A stretch of DNA of 64,000 bases from Allomuricauda sp. (GTDB taxonomy: Bacteria > Bacteroidota > Bacteroidia > Flavobacteriales > Flavobacteriaceae), in the NCBI GenBank assembly GCA_041391945.1, contig JAWKNC010000001.1, positions 189,817-253,816 of the forward strand. Direction: 5' to 3'. A program made the position numbers and the translations under genes. The first letter of the stretch is position 1; every line of letters starts with the position of its first letter. The notes beneath the pieces were generated by a model. The model was not told the origin of the DNA, did no database searches, and saw nothing but the letters and a program-made list of their open reading frames with translations. Shown here piece after piece: positions 1 to 7,968 of the stretch.

Positions 1-16
1 AACCTGTTTTGAATAG

Positions 17-1612
17 ATGAAGATTAATTTACCTACAAAAAAGGGTGACCCAAACACTAGTCCTGAAGTTGAATTTAACCACCTGGTTGTTATTGGTGCT
101 AACGGTTCTGGTAAAACTAGATTTGGTTCTTGGATTGAAGAAATGTATGCAGGAAGTACCCATCGGATATCTGCTCAAAAATCTTTGCAAATGCCATTAG
201 TGTCAGTTCCATCGACCATGGATAGGGCTGAAAAAGAATTTTTTTATGGGGGCTATTCAGAAAATTGGAAAGAACATTCATATGTATCGCAAAAGGTAAT
301 CAACAGATGGGGGAGAAACATAAATACTCATCTTTTGAACGATTTCTCCAAACTAATGAATTTATTGCATACCGAAGAATATGAACAATCACTTTTATAC
401 AAAGAAGGAAAAATAGAAAAACCTGTTACGAAATTAGATACGGTTCAAAGAATATGGGAACATGTCTTACCTCATCGTAAACTCATAAAGAGGGCAGGCA
501 AAATTGAGACTTATCCAACGGATGATGAATCCAAAGTTTATGAGTCAAGTGAAATGAGTGATGGAGAACGTGTGATTTTTTATTTAATTGGAGAGGTAAT
601 ATGTACACCTAAAGAGTCTATAATAATTATCGATGAGCCTGAAATGCATATCCATAAGGCCTTAGTTAAAGAATTATTTGATTTAATTGAACAAGAAAGA
701 ACTGACTGCTCTTTCATCTATTTGACACATGATATTGATTTTGCTTTCTCAAGACAAAATGCCACCAAGATTTGGACAAAAAATTTTGAAGACAATGTTT
801 GGGATTATGAAATATTAGACAAGGAGATGCCTATCCCTGAACAGCTATATTTAGAAGTTTTAGGAAGTAGAAAACCAATTCTTTTTATTGAAGGTGACAA
901 TAGCAGTATTGATTATGAAATTTACGAACAGGTATATTCCGAATTCACATTAAAACCATTAGGTAGCTGCGAAAAAGTAATTCATGTGGTGAAATCCTTC
1001 GATTCAAACAAAGATTTTCATCATATAGATTCATTTGGACTGATTGACAGAGATAGAAGAACAGATACCGACGTATCAAATCTAATTCAGAAAGGCATAT
1101 GGGTACTCGATGTGGCAGAAGCGGAAAACTTACTATTGATCGAAGAGGTAATTAGAGCTACATCAAGATATTTAGGAAAAAATGAGGATGAAGTTTTTGG
1201 ACAGGTTCAACACAATGTTGTTGAATTTTTTAAATCTCAGCTTGATAATCAAATTCTTATTCATTTTAGGGATTTAATGAGAAGGGAATTAATAAGCCTT
1301 TCAGATTTTGAAGCAAAAAAAATAGAAGCCGTGGAGAATGAAATAGATACGAACTTTGGAAAAATTGACAAACAAAAATTATTTGCCGAAATAAGGGATT
1401 TATTTCAAAAACTAATTGCTGAAAATGATTATAATGGTATTTTAAAAGTTTTCAATCTAAAGAATGCGATTATTCCAGAATCTAAAATTTGTCAATTGTT
1501 AGGGATAAGCTCCAAACCAGAATTCAAAAATTTAGTAGTTACCATACTTAAAATGAAAAATGAACATAGCGAATTAATTGCAGAAGGAATAAAAGCAAGA
1601 GTTATTATTTAA
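17..1612 (+). CDS. ABC/AAA ATPase fused to a TOPRIM (DUF4435/OLD-like) domain; fused PARIS-like defence candidate
   Basis: Walker A GANGSGKT, signature-like SEMSDGE, Walker B IIIIDEPEMH, H-loop LTHD; then TOPRIM-type FIEGD and LIDRD motifs and AENLLL. AT-rich (16/60 and 18/60 GC in two sampled lines). Confidence 0.7.
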   Translation: MKINLPTKKGDPNTSPEVEFNHLVVIGANGSGKTRFGSWIEEMYAGSTHRISAQKSLQMPLVSVPSTMDRAEKEFFYGGYSENWKEHSYVSQKVINRWGRNINTHLLNDFSKLMNLLHTEEYEQSLLYKEGKIEKPVTKLDTVQRIWEHVLPHRKLIKRAGKIETYPTDDESKVYESSEMSDGERVIFYLIGEVICTPKESIIIIDEPEMHIHKALVKELFDLIEQERTDCSFIYLTHDIDFAFSRQNATKIWTKNFEDNVWDYEILDKEMPIPEQLYLEVLGSRKPILFIEGDNSSIDYEIYEQVYSEFTLKPLGSCEKVIHVVKSFDSNKDFHHIDSFGLIDRDRRTDTDVSNLIQKGIWVLDVAEAENLLLIEEVIRATSRYLGKNEDEVFGQVQHNVVEFFKSQLDNQILIHFRDLMRRELISLSDFEAKKIEAVENEIDTNFGKIDKQKLFAEIRDLFQKLIAENDYNGILKVFNLKNAIIPESKICQLLGISSKPEFKNLVVTILKMKNEHSELIAEGIKARVII

Positions 1613-1681
1613 GAGATTAGGTATGAACAACTGTGGTTAACAACTCCCCCATCCCATAGCTTAAAATCCACTCCAAAATCG

Positions 1682-1689
1682 TAAATTTG
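1682..1689 (+). promoter_or_regulatory. Bacteroidetes sigma-A -7 element upstream of purL
   Basis: TAAATTTG matches TAnnTTTG, about 30 nt upstream of the ATG. Confidence 0.6.
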
Positions 1690-1721
1690 CACTTTCTTAA
1701 ACCGCTCAACGCAAAAATTGT

Positions 1722-4700
1722 ATGATCCATTTTTTTGGGGACAAGGCGACCAAGGTTTTTGCCGTCCAGACCACTCAAGAAATTTCGCAACAAGACAATG
1801 ATAAACTGACATGGTTGTTTGGCAACCAACCCCAAATAGAAGCGGCGTCCCTGGACGCCTTTTTTGTTGGACCCCGCGCCGCCATGGTCACCCCTTGGAG
1901 CACCAACGCCACGGAGATTACCCAGAACATGGGCATAAAAGGTGTTGTTCGGATTGAGGAGTACCACGCCGTACCCGAAGACTATACCGAGTACGACCCC
2001 ATGCTCTCCCAAAAATACAAAGGTCTCGACCAGAACATCTTTACCATCCATATCGTTCCCGAAGCCATTTTGGAGATTGAGGATATTGCGGCCTACAACC
2101 AAAAGGAAGGGTTGGCCCTGAGCGATGAGGAAATCGACTATTTGGAAAAACTATCCCAAAAATTGGGTCGCAAATTGACGGATTCCGAAGTGTTTGGGTT
2201 CAGTCAGGTGAATTCCGAGCACTGCAGGCACAAAATTTTCAACGGCACCTTTGTCATTGATGGCCAAGAGATGCCCACCTCCCTCTTCAAATTGATCAAA
2301 AAGACCTCAGAGGCCAATCCCAACGATATTGTTTCGGCCTATAAGGACAATGTCGCCTTTATCAAAGGCCCCAAAGCGGTGCAATTCGCCCCAAAAAGTG
2401 CAGACCAACCTGATTTTTACGAAGAAAAGGAATTTGATTCGGTCCTTTCCCTAAAAGCGGAAACCCACAACTTCCCCACCACCGTGGAGCCGTTCAATGG
2501 TGCCGCTACCGGTTCGGGAGGTGAAATCCGCGATCGTTTGGCCGGTGGAAAGGGATCACTGCCCTTGGCCGGTACCGCAGTGTACATGACCTCCTATTCC
2601 CGTTTGGAAAAAGACCGCCGCTGGGAGAAGGGTATGGCAGAGCGGAAATGGCTCTACCAAACGCCCATGGATATTTTGATCAAGGCGTCCAATGGGGCTT
2701 CCGATTTTGGAAACAAGTTTGGACAACCCTTGATTGCAGGCTCTGTGCTCACCTTTGAACATGATGAATCCAAAGATATCTCGACTGCGCTCGATATGAC
2801 GGCGAGAAGATTGGGGTTCGATAAGGTCATTATGCTGGCGGGCGGAATTGGTTATGGAAAAACGGACCAAGCCTTGAAGGATACACCCCAAAAAGGAGAC
2901 AGAATAGTCATTCTGGGCGGGGACAACTATCGGATAGGAATGGGCGGTGCGGCAGTGTCTAGTGCGGATACCGGGGAGTTTAGTTCGGCCATTGAGCTGA
3001 ACGCCGTGCAACGTTCCAATCCTGAAATGCAAAAAAGGGCTTCCAATGCCATCCGTGGGTTGGTGGAAAGCCATGACAATCCCATTGTTTCCATCCACGA
3101 CCATGGCGCCGGTGGACACCTCAACTGTCTCTCCGAATTGGTGGAAGCGACTGGGGGTAACATCGATACGGACAGGCTGCCCATTGGGGATCCCACCCTA
3201 TCGAAAAAGGAATTGATCGGCAATGAATCCCAGGAGCGTATGGGGTTGGTCATAGCTGAAAAAGATCTGGCTCTGTTGGATCGCATTGCGGCCCGGGAAC
3301 GTTCCCCCATGTACGATGTGGGAGTGGTGACCGGTGACCATCGGTTTACCTTTGAATCCCATACATCTGGTGAAAAACCCATGGATCTGGAGCTTTCGGA
3401 CATGTTCGGCAGTTCGCCCAAGACCATTATGGAAGACGTTTCGGCCCAAAAAAAATACAAACCCCTCTCCTACTCCCTAGAGCATTTTCACGACTATCTG
3501 GAGCAAGTACTGCAATTGGAAGCCGTAGCCTGCAAGGATTGGTTGACCAACAAGGTGGATCGGTGCGTGGGGGGCCATGTGGCCAAGCAACAATGTGCTG
3601 GACCATTGCAATTGCCTTTGAACAACTGTGGGGTAATGTCCTTGGATTTTAAGGGCAAGGAAGGGATTGCCACCAGCATTGGGCACTCCCCAGTTTCCGC
3701 TTTGATAGACCCCGTGGCCGGAAGCCGTAACAGCGTGATCGAAGCTCTGACCAATATCGTTTGGGCACCATTGAAAGATGGATTGAAATCGGTCTCCCTA
3801 TCCGCCAACTGGATGTGGCCCTGCCGCAATGAAGGAGAGGATGCGCGACTGTACGAAGCCGTCAAAGCATTATCGGATTTTGCCATAGCATTGGGCATCA
3901 ACGTGCCCACGGGCAAGGATTCGCTTTCCATGAAACAGAAATACAAGGATGGTGATGTTCTCTCTCCTGGAACCGTAATCGTTTCAGCAGCAGCGCATTG
4001 CAATGAGATTACTAAGGTAGTGGAACCTGTGCTCCAAAAAAATGGCGGGTACATCTATTACATCAATCTGTCCAAAGACAGCCCTAAATTGGGCGGTTCT
4101 TCCTTTGCCCAAATCCTGAACGGTATTGGGGATGAAGCTCCCTCTGTTTTGGATGCGGATTACGTAATAACGGTCTTCAATGTCCTTCAAAAATTGATCA
4201 AAAATGACCAAATTTTGGCCGGGCATGATGTAGCTTCAGGCGGATTGATCACCACACTATTGGAAATGTGTTTCGCCGACAATGATCTCGGCGCCAGTCT
4301 GGATTTGTCAGGCCTGGGTGAATCCGATACCATCAAACTATTGTTTTCAGAAAACGTAGGAATCGTTTTTCAATCCAGAGATACCTCCATTGAAAAAATA
4401 CTTGCAGATACCGGAATTGGGTTCCATAAAATTGGCAGTGTCACTTCAGGAAACAATCTACAAATCAAGAACAACGGCATTGAAATCGGCTTGAACATTG
4501 CATCACTGCGTGATACCTGGTTCAAGACCTCCTATCTGTTGGACAATAAGCAGACAGCCAACGGTCTGGCCAAGGAGCGGTATGATAACTATAAAAATCA
4601 ACCCTTACGCTATACTTTCCCCCAGGATTTTGATGGCACCTTGTCACCTCGAGCGCAGTCGAGAGGTAACAACAAGGTCTTGACTGCGCTCGACCTGACA

Positions 4701-5468
4701 TCCCAATCCATGAGACCCAAGGCAGCCGTTCTTCGCGAAAAAGGAAGTAATTCTGAACGGGAAATGGCCAATGCCATGTATTTGGCAGGATTCGATGTGA
4801 AGGATGTGCACATGACCGACCTCATCACGGGTCGAGAGACCTTACAGGATATTCAGTTTTTAGGGGCCGTAGGTGGTTTTTCCAATTCCGATGTATTGGG
4901 AAGTGCCAAGGGCTGGGCCGGTGCAATCAAGTATAATGAGAAAGCGAATAAGTCAATCTCTGATTTCTTTGCAAGGCCCGATACGCTCTCCGTCGGTATC
5001 TGCAATGGTTGTCAATTGTTTATGGAGTTGGATCTGATCAATCCCGAGCATGAAGTCCATGGAAGAATGACCTACAATGACTCTCATAAGCATGAGAGTG
5101 GTTTCACCTCGGTGAAAATCCAGGAAAACAACGCTGTCATGCTTTCCAATATGGCAGGAGCCACGCTCGGCGTCTGGATCTCCAACGGGGAAGGAAAGTT
5201 TAAACTTCCCTATGCGGAGGACCAATACCACATTGTGGCCAAATATGGTTATGAAAGCTACCCGGCCAATCCCAACGGAAGTGATTACAATACCGCCATG
5301 CTCAGTGATAAGACAGGAAGGCATTTGGTGACCATGCCCCACATAGAGCGGTCTACTTTTCCATGGAACTGGGCCCACTATCCAAAGGATAGGAATGATG
5401 CGGTTTCCCCATGGTTACAGGCTTTTGTGAATGCAAGATTATGGATTGAAAACTTGGCGAAACAATAA
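1722..5468 (+). CDS. purL: Phosphoribosylformylglycinamidine synthase (large single-chain PurL)
   Basis: QVNSEHCRHKIF, KAETHNFPT, GAATGSGGEIRD, HDHGAGG, glutaminase GICNGCQ and MPHIER. Confidence 0.98.
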   Translation: MIHFFGDKATKVFAVQTTQEISQQDNDKLTWLFGNQPQIEAASLDAFFVGPRAAMVTPWSTNATEITQNMGIKGVVRIEEYHAVPEDYTEYDPMLSQKYKGLDQNIFTIHIVPEAILEIEDIAAYNQKEGLALSDEEIDYLEKLSQKLGRKLTDSEVFGFSQVNSEHCRHKIFNGTFVIDGQEMPTSLFKLIKKTSEANPNDIVSAYKDNVAFIKGPKAVQFAPKSADQPDFYEEKEFDSVLSLKAETHNFPTTVEPFNGAATGSGGEIRDRLAGGKGSLPLAGTAVYMTSYSRLEKDRRWEKGMAERKWLYQTPMDILIKASNGASDFGNKFGQPLIAGSVLTFEHDESKDISTALDMTARRLGFDKVIMLAGGIGYGKTDQALKDTPQKGDRIVILGGDNYRIGMGGAAVSSADTGEFSSAIELNAVQRSNPEMQKRASNAIRGLVESHDNPIVSIHDHGAGGHLNCLSELVEATGGNIDTDRLPIGDPTLSKKELIGNESQERMGLVIAEKDLALLDRIAARERSPMYDVGVVTGDHRFTFESHTSGEKPMDLELSDMFGSSPKTIMEDVSAQKKYKPLSYSLEHFHDYLEQVLQLEAVACKDWLTNKVDRCVGGHVAKQQCAGPLQLPLNNCGVMSLDFKGKEGIATSIGHSPVSALIDPVAGSRNSVIEALTNIVWAPLKDGLKSVSLSANWMWPCRNEGEDARLYEAVKALSDFAIALGINVPTGKDSLSMKQKYKDGDVLSPGTVIVSAAAHCNEITKVVEPVLQKNGGYIYYINLSKDSPKLGGSSFAQILNGIGDEAPSVLDADYVITVFNVLQKLIKNDQILAGHDVASGGLITTLLEMCFADNDLGASLDLSGLGESDTIKLLFSENVGIVFQSRDTSIEKILADTGIGFHKIGSVTSGNNLQIKNNGIEIGLNIASLRDTWFKTSYLLDNKQTANGLAKERYDNYKNQPLRYTFPQDFDGTLSPRAQSRGNNKVLTALDLTSQSMRPKAAVLREKGSNSEREMANAMYLAGFDVKDVHMTDLITGRETLQDIQFLGAVGGFSNSDVLGSAKGWAGAIKYNEKANKSISDFFARPDTLSVGICNGCQLFMELDLINPEHEVHGRMTYNDSHKHESGFTSVKIQENNAVMLSNMAGATLGVWISNGEGKFKLPYAEDQYHIVAKYGYESYPANPNGSDYNTAMLSDKTGRHLVTMPHIERSTFPWNWAHYPKDRNDAVSPWLQAFVNARLWIENLAKQ
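2779..2800 (-). repeat. REP-like palindromic element, single copy, in-frame inside purL (encodes ISTALDMT)
   Basis: tctcgactgcgctcgatatgac is the reverse complement of GTCATATCGAGCGCAGTCGAGA and matches copies at 4642, 13977, 14027 and 21300. Confidence 0.85.
4642..4700. repeat. Inverted doublet (REPIN-like) of the REP-like element, in-frame inside purL (encodes LSPRAQSRGNNKVLTALDLT)
   Basis: tgtcacctcgagcgcagtcgagagg (4642-4666) followed by inverted copy ggtcttgactgcgctcgacctgaca (4676-4700). Confidence 0.9.
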
Positions 5469-5593
5469 TAAGATTCTCTATTATTAGCGCTTTCCGTTAG
5501 AAATATTTCAAAAAATACCCAAGGGAATTGTTAAATCAATTTTCTGAAATGGGGGCGATTTCCTATTTTGCAATTACTTTACAGAAACTTACT

Positions 5594-7363
5594 ATGCAAA
5601 CAGTTACCCGATTATTTGATTTTCCCTACTACCAGTTGGAAAAATTTCCACTGGAAAAGTCATTGGTCACCAAATACAATGGCAAATGGGTAGCAACCTC
5701 CACAAAAGAATATATAGATAAGGCCAATGCATTTAGCAGAGGCCTGATTCAATTGGGAGTGAAACCCAATGATAAGATTGCGCTTATTTCCACCACCAAT
5801 CGAACTGAATGGTGCATTGCAGACATCGGAATACTCCAAGTGGGGGCACAAAACGTACCTATTTATCCAACTATTTCAGAGGATGACTATGAATACGTTT
5901 TGAATCACTCCGAAGCAAAATATTGTTTTGTTTCCTGTGATGAAGTACTTCAAAAGGTCCTATCCATTAGCGGAAAACTCAAAAAGTTAATAGATGTATA
6001 TTCCTTTGACCAGTTGGATAATTGCAAGAACTGGAAAGAAGTTTTGGAAATGGGAGCGGATACTTCCAAACAAGAAGAAGTTGAAGAAAGAAAAGCCAAT
6101 GTTACCCCTGCCGATTTGGCTACGCTCATCTATACTTCTGGGACAACGGGGAAACCCAAAGGGGTTATGCTTTCCCATAACAATATAGTTTCAAATGTAC
6201 TGTCTGCCCAAAACCGATTGCCCCTTAAACCTGGGGACAAGGTCTTAAGCTTTCTCCCCATCTGTCATATTTTTGAACGGACTTTCTCCTATGCGTACAT
6301 CTATCTGTGCTATGAAATTTATTTTGCCGAAGGGTTGGATAAAATAAGCGAGAACGTAAAAGAAGTAAAACCCTCGGCCATGACAGTAGTGCCCAGATTG
6401 GTCGAAAAGGTCTATGATGCCATTATTGCAAAGGGAACGGCACTCACGGGAATCAAAAAGAAACTCTTCTTCTGGGCCGTGGAACTTGGATTCAAATTTG
6501 AGCCCTACAAAGCAAATGGTTGGTGGTATGAGCAAAAATTGGCCCTGGCCCGGAAATTGATTTTCAGCAAGTGGAAGGAGGCCCTTGGTGGTAACCTGAA
6601 AATGATGGCTTCGGGCAGCGCCGCATTGCAACCAAGACTTGGGCATATTTTTGCTGCGGCTGACATGCCCATTATGGAGTGCTATGGTCTGACCGAAACA
6701 TCACCCGGAATTTCAGTTAGTGAAATACGCAACCATGGATGGAAAATTGGCAAAGTTGGTAAAATCATGGATGGGATTGAAGTGAAGATTGCCGAAGATG
6801 GTGAAATTCTATGCAAGGGGCCCAACGTGATGATGGGCTATTACAAAGACCCCGAAAAAACTGCGGAAGTAATGACCGGGGATTATTTCCATACCGGGGA
6901 TATTGGTGAAATTGATGAAGATGGCTTTTTACAGATTACCGACCGCAAAAAGGAAATGTTCAAAACCTCGGGAGGTAAGTATGTGGCGCCCCAATTGTTG
7001 GAAAATCGGTTAAAACAATCCAGGTTCATAGAACAGATCATGGTGGTGGGCGAAGGCGAAAAAATGCCAGCAGCGCTGATCCAACCCAATTTTCAATTTC
7101 TTCACGAATGGGCCAAACGCCACAATGTGACCATCGGTGAAAACTCGGACATCATCCACAATGACAAGGTAATCGCCAGAATTCAGGAAGAAGTAGATCT
7201 GGCCAATGAGGATTTTGCCAAATGGGAAAAAGTAAAACAGTTTCGGTTGACCCCCGATGTATGGAGTGTGGATGATGGCCATTTGACCCCCACCATGAAA
7301 CTTCGGAGGAAAATTGTCAAGGAGAAATACCTGAACCTGTATAATGACATATATGGCCACTAA
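5594..7363 (+). CDS. fadD: Long-chain fatty acid-CoA ligase (AMP-dependent synthetase)
   Basis: IYTSGTTGKPKG, YGLTETSP, TGDIG, ITDRKKEMFKTSGGKYVAP; start moved to ATG 5594 (MQTVTRLFD). Confidence 0.92.
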   Translation: MQTVTRLFDFPYYQLEKFPLEKSLVTKYNGKWVATSTKEYIDKANAFSRGLIQLGVKPNDKIALISTTNRTEWCIADIGILQVGAQNVPIYPTISEDDYEYVLNHSEAKYCFVSCDEVLQKVLSISGKLKKLIDVYSFDQLDNCKNWKEVLEMGADTSKQEEVEERKANVTPADLATLIYTSGTTGKPKGVMLSHNNIVSNVLSAQNRLPLKPGDKVLSFLPICHIFERTFSYAYIYLCYEIYFAEGLDKISENVKEVKPSAMTVVPRLVEKVYDAIIAKGTALTGIKKKLFFWAVELGFKFEPYKANGWWYEQKLALARKLIFSKWKEALGGNLKMMASGSAALQPRLGHIFAAADMPIMECYGLTETSPGISVSEIRNHGWKIGKVGKIMDGIEVKIAEDGEILCKGPNVMMGYYKDPEKTAEVMTGDYFHTGDIGEIDEDGFLQITDRKKEMFKTSGGKYVAPQLLENRLKQSRFIEQIMVVGEGEKMPAALIQPNFQFLHEWAKRHNVTIGENSDIIHNDKVIARIQEEVDLANEDFAKWEKVKQFRLTPDVWSVDDGHLTPTMKLRRKIVKEKYLNLYNDIYGH

Positions 7364-7444
7364 CAGTGGCCTAAAGGATTCCTTTTTAAAAATAGGCCCG
7401 CTGTCCCATGGGCTTTTTCTATTGCAGCATTGCATTTTTTACAT

Positions 7445-7472
7445 AAATTTATTATGCATGCATAATAAATTT
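7445..7472. promoter_or_regulatory. 28-bp perfect palindrome, probable MarR operator of the beta-oxidation operon
   Basis: aaatttattatgca|tgcataataaattt, immediately upstream of the -7 box TATATTTG (7476-7483) and the MarR gene. Confidence 0.75.
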
Positions 7473-7502
7473 TTATATATTTGAGGGCACCAAACCGGTT
7501 CT

Positions 7503-7949
7503 ATGAAAGATTTGACGATAGACTATGCCCTCAGGGCCACATGGCAAGCGGTCATTAAAATGTACAATGAGGAAGCGAAGAATTATGGCCTGACGATGGC
7601 CATTGGCTTTACACTGTTGAGCATTGACCCAAAACAGGGGACCCCCAGCACCGCATTGGGCCCTAAAATGGGTATGGAGGCCACAAGTTTATCCAGAATT
7701 TTAAAAAATATTGAGCAAAGAGGCTATATACAAAGGAAGCCAAATCCCAAAGATGGACGGGGCGTTCTCATACACTTGACCGCTTTGGGGCTGGAAAAGC
7801 GAAGGGAATCCAAAGATGTGGTGCTCCGTTTCAATGAAGCGGTACGGGAACATGTTTCGGGAGAGGATTTGAACGGATTTTTCAAAACCGTTGATGTGAT
7901 CAACAAACTTATCTCGGATAAGAAAATATATATCAAAACGACCCATTAA
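7503..7949 (+). CDS. MarR family transcriptional regulator
   Basis: 148 aa winged-helix pattern (LSRILKNIEQRGYIQRKPNPKDGRGVLIHLT); first gene of the fad operon. Confidence 0.9.
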   Translation: MKDLTIDYALRATWQAVIKMYNEEAKNYGLTMAIGFTLLSIDPKQGTPSTALGPKMGMEATSLSRILKNIEQRGYIQRKPNPKDGRGVLIHLTALGLEKRRESKDVVLRFNEAVREHVSGEDLNGFFKTVDVINKLISDKKIYIKTTH

Positions 7950-7968
7950 TATTAATACTCACCCATAC

